Below, piece after piece: positions 20,532 to 30,952 of a DNA stretch of 64,000 nucleotides (position 1 is its first letter; each line of letters starts with the position of its first letter). The notes under the pieces were generated by a model. It saw only the letters and a program-made list of their open reading frames with translations, ran no database searches and was not told the origin of the DNA. The position numbers and the translations under genes are program-made. Source of the DNA: a virus; the IMG/VR virus record IMGVR_UViG_3300019360_000001. The stretch is one strand, 5' to 3'.

Positions 20532-21188
20532 TTAAGCCTTTTTCTTTCGCTTAGAATTAAGTTTTTCTATCAAAAAAGCTGCATCTGATTTAGTAAGTTT
20601 GGCCACATCGTCAAATTTCTTTTCTAAAATTTCATTCATTTCTTCTATTGTGAAATTAAGTTCTCCCATAAACTTTGTCTCAATCAATACCTTTTGTGCT
20701 TGTTCTATTGGAGAATTGTCAATTTGTTTTTTCTCGGAAGATGCAAGTTCTTCCTTTGAGCAAAACTCCACTCCCAATATATTTCTTAACGCCCTTGCAC
20801 TAGCCCTTGTTTCAGAAACGGTAGTAGTATATTGTTCAAATCCTCTCATTGAATTATCTACTCTACAATCAGCAACAGAAGTCCAGTTGTATGTTGCTTC
20901 TTGCAAAGCTCGATTTAATGAAGTATGAATCAAATAATTTACTTGTGTAATACAACACCAGTTATTTTCCTTGGTCGGATTATTAACCACAGTAGCCTTG
21001 TAAAAACTTATTGTAAATAAATCTTTCGTAACTCTCAATAGAGCAGAATGTTTTACAAACAGTCCTCCATCTTCGCCAAGCACAAAATCAGAAATATTAA
21101 AATAATCTCCAACTTTGTAAGTATTACCATTTAATGGATAAAAATTACCATTCTTAGCAACTTCATACGCCTGTTGTTTTGTTTCCAT
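20532..21188 (-). CDS. Putative single-strand annealing protein (Rad52-like)
   Basis: SETRASARALRNILGV...EE motif and C-terminal LTKSDAAFLIEKL helix typical of phage SSAPs. Confidence 0.55.
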   Translation of the reverse strand: METKQQAYEVAKNGNFYPLNGNTYKVGDYFNISDFVLGEDGGLFVKHSALLRVTKDLFTISFYKATVVNNPTKENNWCCITQVNYLIHTSLNRALQEATYNWTSVADCRVDNSMRGFEQYTTTVSETRASARALRNILGVEFCSKEELASSEKKQIDNSPIEQAQKVLIETKFMGELNFTIEEMNEILEKKFDDVAKLTKSDAAFLIEKLNSKRKKKA

Positions 21189-21190
21189 TA

Positions 21191-22168
21191 TTATTCCTTA
21201 TTATATTTTTCTGCGAAATTAAAACAACTTTCCATTTCTAACTTAGATAAACAATAAGAACCTTTATGTCTTATTCCTATAGACGCTCCCTTACTAGCCG
21301 CAACAACTGCATTTTTAATATCTATTCCATAATATAAAGATAATCCTAAAATAGAACAGCAAGTGTCACCTAGTCCAGTAATGTCGACAACATATTTTTG
21401 ATCTGTTAATGCAGGATAAAAGAATATTTCTTCTGCATCTCTATACACCTTCATTCCGTCCTTCCCCAGTGTATTAACCAAATATGTTTCGTCAAGTTCA
21501 TCGGACAAAAATTTTGCGTCATGGTTCGTAATTTTAACTTCTATTGAATTCGGCTTTATTATACTGATATTTTTTATCTTATAATAAGTTGGCCTTTTTG
21601 GATCTAAAATTGTTGGTATTTTTTTTGCATAACAATAATGTGCCACGTTTTGTATCATTTGGTCTGTAAGACATCCCTTTGAATAGTCTGACATTATGAC
21701 GCAGCCAACGTTGTTATTGTTTATTATACCTATTATTTTATTAATCCATTCTGACTCTATTTGTTTATTTGGCGGATCAGCATTTTCGTTGTCTATTCTA
21801 ACGACCTGTTGATTGCCAGCCCAAATTCTTTCTTTGACAGATATTGAACTTATAATGCCAAAATCAAGTGGTTCAACCTTTACATTTTCCTTATCACACA
21901 TCGATAAAAAAATTTCATTGTAATTATTATTCACAGGAGGAACAAATGACTTGTATGCCAAAATACATTTAATTCCTGTTCTAGATATATGGGCAGATAC
22001 ATTTGCTGCCCCACCAAGAGATGTTACAATATCTTTATCATGAATATTAACTATGGGAACTGGGCTTTCTGGACTAATTCGATGGCACTGTCCGAAAAAA
22101 TGCCGATCAACCATCACATCTCCAAGGACAAGAATACTTCGACTCATATTATATATACTTCTGGCCAA
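21191..22168 (-). CDS. rfaE1: D-glycero-manno-heptose-7-phosphate kinase (HldE/RfaE domain I, PfkB family)
   Basis: VLGDVMVD...RISPESPVP...GGAANV...SDYSKG...LDPK...DITGLGDT. Confidence 0.9.
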   Translation of the reverse strand: MARSIYNMSRSILVLGDVMVDRHFFGQCHRISPESPVPIVNIHDKDIVTSLGGAANVSAHISRTGIKCILAYKSFVPPVNNNYNEIFLSMCDKENVKVEPLDFGIISSISVKERIWAGNQQVVRIDNENADPPNKQIESEWINKIIGIINNNNVGCVIMSDYSKGCLTDQMIQNVAHYCYAKKIPTILDPKRPTYYKIKNISIIKPNSIEVKITNHDAKFLSDELDETYLVNTLGKDGMKVYRDAEEIFFYPALTDQKYVVDITGLGDTCCSILGLSLYYGIDIKNAVVAASKGASIGIRHKGSYCLSKLEMESCFNFAEKYNKE

Positions 22169-22180
22169 ACTAAACTAAAT

Positions 22181-22627
22181 TCAATCATATTTTGATTCTC
22201 TTATTTCTTTAAATATTTTAGAAACGGATTCTGGTCTATTGATTTTATCTATAAACTCAATTTCATCAGCAAAACCATATCCTGGAATTTCTTCTTTTTT
22301 TAGATCTTTAAGTTCGTCGCTGTGGAAAACTATTAATTTGGCATTTTGTCCGAATTCTTGATGTAGTCTATTTTCTTTAAAGTTTTTAATCCAAGAGTGC
22401 TCAGATGGACCGCTATAATAGCCAACCTCATCTACTCCTTTAATATGGCTAAGAATATACAACCTATCTTTTAGTTTTATAGGACAAACCTTTTTTTTCT
22501 TTAAAATATATTCATCGTCATTATTAAGGATGATAAGATGTGAGCATTTTTTCTTAGCCTCTTGAATGCACCAAATATGTCCAGCATGCAAACTGAGGAA
22601 AACTCCAGATTTAATGCCCACTAACAT
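22181..22627 (-). CDS. Nucleotidyltransferase (HldE domain II-like)
   Basis: GVFLSLHAGH (HxGH)...N.D.Y...KK...R...L.HIKGVDEV, adjacent to the kinase. Confidence 0.75.
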   Translation of the reverse strand: MLVGIKSGVFLSLHAGHIWCIQEAKKKCSHLIILNNDDEYILKKKKVCPIKLKDRLYILSHIKGVDEVGYYSGPSEHSWIKNFKENRLHQEFGQNAKLIVFHSDELKDLKKEEIPGYGFADEIEFIDKINRPESVSKIFKEIRESKYD

Positions 22628-23696
22628 AATAGTCTTCTAAATTTTTCATAAAGTTATCAATTGAACTCCACTCAAAATCATCTACGTAACTAGGAGCATC
22701 TTTAACATTTTCTAAAATCCATTTTTCATGCTCCATCGTATTTCTAGTTTCTCCATTTATTATAGAAAAACTATCTTTTAGTAACTTTCCCCATTTAAAA
22801 TTTATATTTCTATCTATTTGTTTCACTGGACATTCTATTTTATCAAAATATCTTTTATTATCCTCATTTAGGGGATTACTTCTACATTCTGCTGGATGAT
22901 ATAAATGGATAGAACAAAAATTCTTGTTTTGCCCATCATAAAACCTAAGTCCTTGAGCTAAAAATCTTTCTCTAATAGAGTCGTCTTCGCATCTATATCT
23001 AAAACCTCTAACGTAAATCTCGTCATAGGCACCCATATTAAGTACATTTTCTCTTTTAACAGCCCAAGTCCATAAAGTATTGTTAATTCCGTGAGGAATT
23101 TTAAAATGAGAATATGTATGTAATATTTTATTGCCAATATTGGCCATAGAAATTATTGACTTATTTATTATTTCTGCTTTTGGGTCAAACATACAGGCAC
23201 AAAGTGACGACTTAGAGCTGTCAACTACATAGCCACGATTTATTATATTGCTTGGCTTATTTTTAGTAACTTGACCATTTAAATATTCTAATCTATTTTC
23301 TACAGTGCCAATATCTTTATTTATAATAACCTTGAAATTGCTATCATCTATAAATGGATTCAACATGCCAAAAACAATATTTTCTCCAGGGAAATGATCT
23401 ATGTCTATCATGGCTATTATTTGCCCTTCACACATTCTTAATAATACATTTCTTGGATATGCTGCGTTTATAAACCTACCAATTGGTAAATAGACATATT
23501 TTAGATTTATGTATTGCGCCAAAGTTCTACATAGATCTATTGTGTCGTCTGTTGAACCTCCATCGGCTATAAGAACTTCAAAAGTATGATCTGGAAATAC
23601 CGCCTTATTAAGTGTTAGTCTAGATAATATGGCTGCAACTCTTTCTTTTCTGCCAGGAGCACATGGAACTATAACACTTAAAAGTGGTTTACTCAT
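22611..23696 (-). CDS. Glycosyltransferase family 2
   Basis: LSVIVP, ADGGSTD, RN, DID, YDE...ED and HLYH motifs. Confidence 0.85.
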   Translation of the reverse strand: MSKPLLSVIVPCAPGRKERVAAILSRLTLNKAVFPDHTFEVLIADGGSTDDTIDLCRTLAQYINLKYVYLPIGRFINAAYPRNVLLRMCEGQIIAMIDIDHFPGENIVFGMLNPFIDDSNFKVIINKDIGTVENRLEYLNGQVTKNKPSNIINRGYVVDSSKSSLCACMFDPKAEIINKSIISMANIGNKILHTYSHFKIPHGINNTLWTWAVKRENVLNMGAYDEIYVRGFRYRCEDDSIRERFLAQGLRFYDGQNKNFCSIHLYHPAECRSNPLNEDNKRYFDKIECPVKQIDRNINFKWGKLLKDSFSIINGETRNTMEHEKWILENVKDAPSYVDDFEWSSIDNFMKNLEDYYVSGH

Positions 23697-24301
23697 TAAT
23701 TCCTCAGTATAACTAATGGCCTAATTCTAAATAGTAATTTGGCTTCTATTTTTTCTTTTATTACTGGGCCAAAATTTCTACAATCGTAAGACATTGGCCT
23801 ATTGTCACCCATCATAAAATATTCATTTTCTTCAAGTTTCCAAAATTTACTAGTTTCATTTTCTGGTAATTTAGTTTCATAATTTATTATGTTACTATTA
23901 CTCTCTGGAATTGTATTGACAAATACTCTGCCATTTGATATTAGTACAAAGTCTCCTGGAATACCTATAACTCTTTTTATAAGATATATATAAGACGATA
24001 GTCTGTCATTTCCTGTAAAACAAACTATATCTCCTCTTTCAATTTTCTCAAACTTAAGTTGCACAAGTATTCTGTCACCATTCATTATAGATGGGAACAT
24101 GCTAGGGCCAACTACTTTGGAAATTTTAGGGTCATATATCTTTTTTAAGACCAAAATGGGCAGTATACAAACTAACACTAATAAAAAGAAACTTATTACA
24201 AAAGAAGTAATAGATAAATTCTTTTTTTCTATCATGTAAGGTAAATTTCCCCATTTGGGAACTGAAAATTTCTTTGTGTTTTTGCCTAATTTATTTTTCA
24301 T
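23696..24301 (-). CDS. lepB: Signal peptidase I
   Basis: TM helix, GPSMFP (catalytic Ser), IKRVIGIPGD (catalytic Lys) and GDNR..S.D.R.FGP. Confidence 0.92.
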   Translation of the reverse strand: MKNKLGKNTKKFSVPKWGNLPYMIEKKNLSITSFVISFFLLVLVCILPILVLKKIYDPKISKVVGPSMFPSIMNGDRILVQLKFEKIERGDIVCFTGNDRLSSYIYLIKRVIGIPGDFVLISNGRVFVNTIPESNSNIINYETKLPENETSKFWKLEENEYFMMGDNRPMSYDCRNFGPVIKEKIEAKLLFRIRPLVILRN

Positions 24302-24473
24302 AATATAAATCCTTCATTTTATTTTTACAGTTTTCTTTAAAAGTTACAGTAGTTGTAATAACCCCTGATTTATGGTTTGCTATATATTGTTAGCAGTTAC
24401 TACATAAACAATATTCGAAGTTGTTATATGATACTAAGTATCTCAAATTATCATTATGGCATTTAATGGGCAT
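24291..24473 (-). pseudogene. Small C-terminal-tag family member with an in-frame TAA
   Basis: MPIKCHNDNLRYLVSYNNFEYCLCSNC*QYIANHK...KMKDLYYEK*; the internal stop is at 24390-24392. Confidence 0.6.
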
Positions 24474-24681
24474 AATATATTCCTATCATTGCACATTTAT
24501 GGGAATGTGGATTTGGTGAACGACTTAATAATCCTATAAATTCCTGTTTACATTTGCAGCAAGTTAACATTGATGGAATATTATCAAGAATCTGCATGTT
24601 GGACCATTTAGTTGGCGGCATCAGATAACCTGTAGGTGCTATTCTTAAATAGTCTTCATTAATAGACATATTTTGTATCAA
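24463..24681 (-). CDS. Small Zn-finger protein, C-terminal tag GIYYAH
   Basis: CCKC...HKC; shares the C-terminal motif. Confidence 0.6.
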   Translation of the reverse strand: MIQNMSINEDYLRIAPTGYLMPPTKWSNMQILDNIPSMLTCCKCKQEFIGLLSRSPNPHSHKCAMIGIYYAH

Positions 24682-25127
24682 AATCTTATCCTATACATAA
24701 ACATAAGGTCAGTTTCTAGGTCTGAATTTAAAGAACTTCTTAAAGAAAAATTGTCAATGGTTAATTTTGCCTTTATTTTGTTTCCATTTATACCGATATC
24801 TAGATCAACAAGATCTTTGTGTTCCGAAAAACTATTTTTATTATCTTTTTCAACGCTGTTAATCAAGAATCTTAGATGCCCTCTATTATCTATAAAAAAA
24901 CTGTCAAATTTTATCATTTTTAATCTAATGTTTCTGGACCGATAATTTCTTATTTGGCTTAATCTTTTTTGATATAAGTCATACGACATACTAAAATCTT
25001 GTTCAAATTCATCCTTCACAATAGATCTAGAAAAAGAGATAATCTCTTTGTTTATTTGATAAGTTATAAAGTCATGCAAAGCACTATTATTGATCTCTAT
25101 AGATGAACATGAAGTAAGTAAAAACAA
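24678..25127 (-). CDS. Hypothetical protein, possible lipoprotein
   Basis: LLTSC lipobox-like sequence at the N-terminus; true start is probably a few codons upstream. Confidence 0.5.
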   Translation of the reverse strand: MFLLTSCSSIEINNSALHDFITYQINKEIISFSRSIVKDEFEQDFSMSYDLYQKRLSQIRNYRSRNIRLKMIKFDSFFIDNRGHLRFLINSVEKDNKNSFSEHKDLVDLDIGINGNKIKAKLTIDNFSLRSSLNSDLETDLMFMYRIRF

Positions 25128-25141
25128 TAGAAAAAATTTCT

Positions 25142-25936
25142 TTATTTTATACTCCTTACTATATCAAATAGAGCCTGAGTTTCTGGATGATTTACATCTA
25201 AGTCTTTAAAGTTGTTTCCATTGCCACACATAGCAATACAATGCTTGCCCCATTCAAGATTAAAATAATGATTAACTAGAGTGTGCGAATGAAAATGTAT
25301 AATAGTAGGCTTTCTAATAGCGCAACTATAGTAACCTAAAATACCATCTTGGGAAATAGTAAGGGCCGCATTGTTTATGCAGCTAATTGCATCAATTATA
25401 TTGTCAGTGCCTGTGTGATTTAATACATTGTCTAGTTTAAAACACTCTTCGTATTCAGAATCTTTTGACAATAATTCTGGGCTCAATAAAACTACATATC
25501 TATCATTAAAGGTTTTTGCTAAATTTTCTACAACTAGTCTATCTACCGATCTTCTTGTTGAATCATTTAATCTACCAGATAATAGATTTATAACAATATG
25601 AGGCTTGTGCCCAAAGGTTTTATATTTATTGCCAATTTTATTAGTTAAATAAGGATTTGTCCAATTAACTATTTTAGTGTCAACGTACAATCTTTCCTCT
25701 GTGCCTATTAACTCTTGTGAATTTTTTTCTGGTGTATCACAAATAATACAATGTGCTTGAGCTAATGGCAAAGTTTCCTCCATAATTGATTCTATTGGAG
25801 CTTTGTGCTGTTCATGTTTTTCAAAGTGTTTCCAGTCAATATTGACAGGATTAATATTACATTTTTGTAATTTGATAGCACAAATTAAACTATCCCCAAC
25901 TCCTCCGGCACTTGTAACAAAAATTTTCCCGTTCAT
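25142..25936 (-). CDS. GT9-like (ADP-heptose:LPS heptosyltransferase-like) glycosyltransferase
   Basis: GGVGDSL at the N-terminus; NHTG...I..A.L.ISQDG...Y....KPTI near the C-terminus. Confidence 0.65.
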   Translation of the reverse strand: MNGKIFVTSAGGVGDSLICAIKLQKCNINPVNIDWKHFEKHEQHKAPIESIMEETLPLAQAHCIICDTPEKNSQELIGTEERLYVDTKIVNWTNPYLTNKIGNKYKTFGHKPHIVINLLSGRLNDSTRRSVDRLVVENLAKTFNDRYVVLLSPELLSKDSEYEECFKLDNVLNHTGTDNIIDAISCINNAALTISQDGILGYYSCAIRKPTIIHFHSHTLVNHYFNLEWGKHCIAMCGNGNNFKDLDVNHPETQALFDIVRSIK

Positions 25937-26847
25937 ATAATAAGACTTTCTTTATTAGAGATTATATATTGCCGCCAATCGTCTTTAATGTCGGATAATA
26001 TATCTAGTACAACTCCATTATACGGCCGAAGTCTGTTGTTATTTCCTTCGCAAAATCCCGTACCAAAATAAGGCGGAATATTACTATTATTTTTATAGGC
26101 TAAATTTTCATTGAATGGATATAAAAGGTATACATTATTCCACCACAAAATATGCGAAGGCCTTTTAAAGGACAGTATTTTATCTCTTAAAAGCTTTGGG
26201 TGTTTCATATAACTTAAATGATACATATTAGAATGTTCTTCGTCTATAAAAACACTATGATCTTTTGTTAAATCTTTATTAACGTTTGGATGGAAAAAAT
26301 GTTGGCTTGCAGTATAATAAGATCCTGGAATCCACCTTAAAAATCTTCCTTCATGACTACTAGGAAAATACAACTTCATTGAATATGCAAATTGAAACTC
26401 TCCTATTTTTACATGATTAATATGTTCATTTTTACTAATTAACTCAGTAATATCAAAAAAACATTCCGGCTTCCAAAATTCATCTGTGTCTAATTGGAAT
26501 ATACAATCTCCGTTCTGTATATTTGAAATTTTGAGCATCTCATTTTTTACTATTGCTTCAAAACTTTCCCTGTTAGGAATATTAAAACTTTCTCTAAAGT
26601 CCTTGGAGATCAGCTTACATTTGCCTTTGTGATCTTTTTCTTTTATAAACCTTTTTATTTCATTTAATGTATTGTCTGTCGAATGTGCTGGCTGATCATT
26701 GAAAACAGAAACAGTTCCCTCAAAAATTATAAACTCATCTATTAAATCATACAAATGAGATAAAGACTTATAAATCAAAAGTTCTTCATCGTAACACATT
26801 GCAAGACAAATTGTTTTCATGGCATAAGAAAAAATAGGCGGTTTCAC
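25933..26847 (-). CDS. Glycosyltransferase family 2-like
   Basis: DEE...DEFIIFEG...STDNT...LDTDEF...YH.SY. Confidence 0.75.
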   Translation of the reverse strand: MKPPIFSYAMKTICLAMCYDEELLIYKSLSHLYDLIDEFIIFEGTVSVFNDQPAHSTDNTLNEIKRFIKEKDHKGKCKLISKDFRESFNIPNRESFEAIVKNEMLKISNIQNGDCIFQLDTDEFWKPECFFDITELISKNEHINHVKIGEFQFAYSMKLYFPSSHEGRFLRWIPGSYYTASQHFFHPNVNKDLTKDHSVFIDEEHSNMYHLSYMKHPKLLRDKILSFKRPSHILWWNNVYLLYPFNENLAYKNNSNIPPYFGTGFCEGNNNRLRPYNGVVLDILSDIKDDWRQYIISNKESLII

Positions 26848-26913
26848 TATTGCTATCCTATCTTGACACTAGGCTAGCTGTATAATTACTCCCGCCTATT
26901 ATATTAATCTAAA

Positions 26914-27342
26914 TTACTCTGTACGTAGATTTCCAGGCACTTCCAGACAAGAACCATAAAAACGAACTAGAGGAGCAGTCCAATCGGAATAAACAGGAGC
27001 AGAAGGACCGGCGCCATCTGTATCAGTCATAGCTCGAACTTGAAAAGCATAAACTCCAGGCTTTCGAGGCTGTAGAAGTTGTAACAAAGCAAGTCTAGTA
27101 TCTGCAACAGAAACAACTGCAAAAGCGGTTGTTCCAGGAACATTCATATCCTTGCCGCCAAAAATAATTGCAACCTCATAAGTAATTGGAGTGGTTGCTG
27201 TACTTCCGTCTATAAACTTAGTAACCGCATCCCAAACTAAGGCGTTATTCTTTGTTACTTCTTGAACGGATTGGGCATTAACTGGATTGGCGCCCAAAAA
27301 AAGAATACCGGCAGTAAATATCCCAAGAAAAAACTTATTCAC
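26914..27342 (-). CDS. Secreted FnIII-like beta-sandwich protein
   Basis: Signal peptide ending VNA; LVWD...YEV...Y.FQVRA...SDW. Confidence 0.6.
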   Translation of the reverse strand: MNKFFLGIFTAGILFLGANPVNAQSVQEVTKNNALVWDAVTKFIDGSTATTPITYEVAIIFGGKDMNVPGTTAFAVVSVADTRLALLQLLQPRKPGVYAFQVRAMTDTDGAGPSAPVYSDWTAPLVRFYGSCLEVPGNLRTE

Positions 27343-27350
27343 AAACCCTC

Positions 27351-28001
27351 CTATTTCTTTTCCCCATAAACAATTGACTTACAAAACCCGTGAACATAAG
27401 AACAATTATCTATAACGTATTTTTTTGCTATACAGGCTGCTCCTTCCTCAAAATCATGTGAACTTTGATTTGCGTCATGAAAAACAATAAATCCGCCCGA
27501 TACAACTAATGGAGACCACATTAAAAAATCTTTTTCTACCCATGAACGAGCGTGAAGACCATCTATAAAGAGAAGCCCAATTTTACTATTTTTATGCAAA
27601 AATCCACGCTTTACATTGTTAGTGATATCATTATATGCTTGTTCAGATGTTTTCTTTATTGAAATTATAGAATCTTCTAAATCTAGCCTATTCATATTCT
27701 CTGTAAATTCTACGTATGAATCAGTGTAAGTACCTTTTGCCCATTCATCATATTCTTTTGGAATTTCAAAATCAGGCTTTTGATGTGGATCTATAGAGAA
27801 CAATAAGCTTATTTTATTTTTTTTTATTGAAGAAGCCAGCATTATAGTACTTTTGCCATAGGCCGATCCTATCTCTATTATATCAGTATCTTGTGGAATA
27901 TCAGCCCCCAAATTATAAAGCAACTCTGCCTCTTCTTTATGTAGCCATCCCTTTACTTTTTTTGACTCTTCTAAAGCCCATTGAATAGAATATTTTTGCA
28001 T
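27351..28001 (-). CDS. Class I SAM-dependent methyltransferase (Methyltransf_24-like)
   Basis: IEIGSAYGKST, SIDP, LFIDGLH and GGFIVFHD motifs. Confidence 0.88.
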   Translation of the reverse strand: MQKYSIQWALEESKKVKGWLHKEEAELLYNLGADIPQDTDIIEIGSAYGKSTIMLASSIKKNKISLLFSIDPHQKPDFEIPKEYDEWAKGTYTDSYVEFTENMNRLDLEDSIISIKKTSEQAYNDITNNVKRGFLHKNSKIGLLFIDGLHARSWVEKDFLMWSPLVVSGGFIVFHDANQSSHDFEEGAACIAKKYVIDNCSYVHGFCKSIVYGEKK

Positions 28002-28002
28002 A

Positions 28003-28614
28003 TCAAATCATCGCATTAAAATGTTTTTTAAAAACAGATGTTAAATTTGCCTTTAGCTTTTTTATTTCTATTGTTTTTTTCATTTTTGGCAATAAACCAG
28101 TAATTACATAGCTATTTATTTCCTCTATAAAGTCTCTTTTCATGTATCCTTGTTCTCTTAATGCATTTTTAATATTTCTTAGGCCAAACTTCCTTATTAC
28201 TTTATTTACATCTTTTCTATAGTTTTCATACAAGTCATAATGAGCATGTACAAGTTCATGCCTAATAGTTTCCAGATCATTTTTTAATGTAACAATAATA
28301 GAATACTTATTATTTATATTAAGCCTTTTTAGTTTATTAAAAATCCATTTTTCGTCTTTGGATAAAGATCTCTTAAAAACTTTATAAAATTTATACATCT
28401 CTAAAGATGGAATAGTAAATCCTACATTTAAATCCATGTAATCAAACTTACCATGTTTATCGATATAGTCACCAATAAAATCATTAACTTTAAAATATTT
28501 ACAGTCAAATTCTACTATTCGCATAAAAGCCATACACATTTTATGCTGATTATTAAACTCGAAGTGATAAATAGGAAAATTTCCTAGTTTGTGTACTTTG
28601 CAAAATTTATTCAT
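28003..28614 (-). CDS. HExxH-motif protein
   Basis: IRHELVHAHY...EEINSY. Confidence 0.6.
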   Translation of the reverse strand: MNKFCKVHKLGNFPIYHFEFNNQHKMCMAFMRIVEFDCKYFKVNDFIGDYIDKHGKFDYMDLNVGFTIPSLEMYKFYKVFKRSLSKDEKWIFNKLKRLNINNKYSIIVTLKNDLETIRHELVHAHYDLYENYRKDVNKVIRKFGLRNIKNALREQGYMKRDFIEEINSYVITGLLPKMKKTIEIKKLKANLTSVFKKHFNAMI

Positions 28615-28820
28615 AAGCCATTACTATCTTGTACCTTCATGTACTTTATAGACCATTTTTTAACGCCGTCGCCATAAAGCCATAAGCTTTCAGATTGTTG
28701 TAATGCATAGTTTCTATGTGGCTCAGGAACTTTATCAACTGCATTAGATTTTTTTAGAAAAATTCCAATAGTGTTTTTTTCTGGATCTGACACAATAAAC
28801 ACATAGTTAAAACTATCCAT
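28611..28820 (-). CDS. Hypothetical protein
   Basis: SD AAGGAG upstream. Confidence 0.55.
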   Translation of the reverse strand: MDSFNYVFIVSDPEKNTIGIFLKKSNAVDKVPEPHRNYALQQSESLWLYGDGVKKWSIKYMKVQDSNGL

Positions 28821-28829
28821 ATATTCTCC

Positions 28830-29063
28830 TTATATCCCACTTATATCTTCTAAATTTAACTTCATTGTCATTAAATATTTACCTTCACATATTTCTTTTT
28901 CATTGCAAATGCCGCATCTTTGTTTTTCAAACCAGTAAACATCCTTGCAACACTTAGGGCAAAGAAAAACATCATCAACAGCATGAAGATTTAATTCTTT
29001 AACATTGTAAATAAAAACAGTGTTGCATTTGCCGCATTTGCCCTTTACTCTTTTTATTGCCAT
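28830..29063 (-). CDS. Small Zn-ribbon protein
   Basis: CGKC, CPKC, CGIC. Confidence 0.55.
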   Translation of the reverse strand: MAIKRVKGKCGKCNTVFIYNVKELNLHAVDDVFLCPKCCKDVYWFEKQRCGICNEKEICEGKYLMTMKLNLEDISGI

Positions 29064-29437
29064 TATTTACCTTTAATTCCTCTTTTCATTGCTTTTTTAT
29101 ATCTGTCAACTTTGCTTGTATTTCTCTTTTTAAAATCATTATAAGACTTTCTGCCCTTTCTTCTTTCGGCGATTACTTCGTTTGAGTTTTTTTGATCATC
29201 TTTGTCTTGCTTTAATTTTTCTTGGGTTTTTTCTTTTTGTTTGCCAGATATATAATCGTTTTGTTTTAAATCCTTTCCCGGCCACCCATGGCCATAAAGC
29301 AAAAAATGTCCCCCAAGTTGGTGTATCATATCAATATTACATTTATTGCACTGTACATTCTTAGGAGGACCAATGCTTATCGGAGAACTAAACTCCAACT
29401 CAGAGTTACATTTATCACATAAGAAATAATATATCAT
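29063..29437 (-). CDS. FmdB-like zinc-ribbon protein
   Basis: MIYYFLCDKC...CNKC...F.L.G.GW. Confidence 0.7.
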   Translation of the reverse strand: MIYYFLCDKCNSELEFSSPISIGPPKNVQCNKCNIDMIHQLGGHFLLYGHGWPGKDLKQNDYISGKQKEKTQEKLKQDKDDQKNSNEVIAERRKGRKSYNDFKKRNTSKVDRYKKAMKRGIKGK

Positions 29438-29727
29438 ATATATCTTTTAAACCAAAAGAATATTTTTTTATACCAAGGTAAATTTTTCCACATTTCTTCA
29501 TTTTGATTTATAAAAATTTGTTCATCGCATCCCTGGGAACAAACCATTTTAACCAAGTTTATCTCCATAAAAGTAGTAAGATTGCCACAAACACAGCATT
29601 TGTCTTGCGTACCAGTTTTCATATATCTACTTTCTATTCCCCATGGGAAATTTAAATTTTGATTTGAAACTATATTGCCAGGTCTTACATTTTCCCATAG
29701 TTTCTCAAACTCCATGTTACCATTCAA
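29434..29727 (-). CDS. Hypothetical protein (TRASH-like CCVC...CS..C)
   Basis: Cys pattern. Confidence 0.5.
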   Translation of the reverse strand: MNGNMEFEKLWENVRPGNIVSNQNLNFPWGIESRYMKTGTQDKCCVCGNLTTFMEINLVKMVCSQGCDEQIFINQNEEMWKNLPWYKKIFFWFKRYI

Positions 29728-30676
29728 TCATAGAAATAATTTTTTCTAAACGAGCTTTGTAACAATGTTTGCTTCTATTATTTTCTATATTCTTTTTCAT
29801 TTGAGCAATTAGCTTTTTATCCATAGCCATTTCTAATGTTTCTTTTAAGTTATCTTTGTTATAGAATAATATATCTTTACCGTGCTCAAATAACTTATTT
29901 GTGTCTTTAGGTATTTCATTAGTAATACAGACTTGACCAGCTCCATAACTTTCATAGATCCTTTGTTGTAAACCATAAGCCTTTAAATCTTCTACTGGTC
30001 CTGATCCTGGTATATAAAGACCTAGATTTAATACGGCAAGATGCATATTATATGCCCTATTAACCCTTGTTGCATCAAATATAGTAGCTGCATTTATTTT
30101 AAACCCAAAATCTTTCACTCGGTTTAAAAAGTAATGTCTGTTGTTCCATTTTCCGCCAACAGAACCAACAAAAATAAAAGAATCATTGAATCTTTGGTTA
30201 TTTGGCAACCATAAAGGATTGTACCATGCAGGATTATATCCTTGAGGTGCCCAAGCAGCATCTATTCCTATTTCTTTGTATATCGGAATTTCGCTTTGAT
30301 CAAAGGTAAATATATAATTAAATCTTCCTTTTTGTTTGATCATTTTAGCTTTATATTCTATAAGTCTAATTGGTTCAGATGTCCAAAGAACTTTAATACA
30401 TAGTTTATATTTTTTCCATATATCAGATTCTACTACTTCGTCAGGAAGTCCTGGTCCCAAACACAACACTATATCTGTTGCATCATTCTTAATTACTTCA
30501 AGCAATATATTTTTATCTGATATTTTTATTTTAATACCTTCAGATGACAAGTATTCTCCGGTTCTATAATCATAGACGCTAACATTATGCCCTAGTTCTT
30601 TTAGACCAGAATAGACTCCTTGTTCGGCTCCGTGTAATTTATTGCCAAAAAAAGGTCCAAAGATAGTAAAATTCAT
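29717..30676 (-). CDS. CgeB-family (GT-B) glycosyltransferase
   Basis: FVGS...R...VLN...QRIYE..GAG...LFE.GKDI.FY...H.Y..R. Confidence 0.8.
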   Translation of the reverse strand: MNFTIFGPFFGNKLHGAEQGVYSGLKELGHNVSVYDYRTGEYLSSEGIKIKISDKNILLEVIKNDATDIVLCLGPGLPDEVVESDIWKKYKLCIKVLWTSEPIRLIEYKAKMIKQKGRFNYIFTFDQSEIPIYKEIGIDAAWAPQGYNPAWYNPLWLPNNQRFNDSFIFVGSVGGKWNNRHYFLNRVKDFGFKINAATIFDATRVNRAYNMHLAVLNLGLYIPGSGPVEDLKAYGLQQRIYESYGAGQVCITNEIPKDTNKLFEHGKDILFYNKDNLKETLEMAMDKKLIAQMKKNIENNRSKHCYKARLEKIISMIEW

Positions 30677-30679
30677 AAG

Positions 30680-30952
30680 TCAAAGCCATCCATCAAAATC
30701 ATCATTTACATTTTCCTTTTTTTCGTTATTTTTCTTTTCAATCTTTTCTTCATCAAAATCTTGTTTATATTTTTTATCACAATCAAAATTTGTTCTTCTT
30801 GAAGATGTATATCTTTTATAAAACTTGCAGTTTTTATTTGCACACTCTATATCTTGCACTCCTAAATAATAACAAGAAATTTCATGACAAAACGGACACT
30901 CTTTCAATTCATCTTTATTTATTCCATATGTGAAAGAGTTTTTGTCTATCAA
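30680..30952 (-). CDS. Hypothetical Zn-finger protein
   Basis: CPFC...CANKNC. Confidence 0.55.
   Translation of the reverse strand: MIDKNSFTYGINKDELKECPFCHEISCYYLGVQDIECANKNCKFYKRYTSSRRTNFDCDKKYKQDFDEEKIEKKNNEKKENVNDDFDGWL

Noticed and set aside
26863-26886. Plus-strand TTGACA...TATAAT promoter
   Set aside because: The spacer is only 12 nt and it points antisense to the genes.
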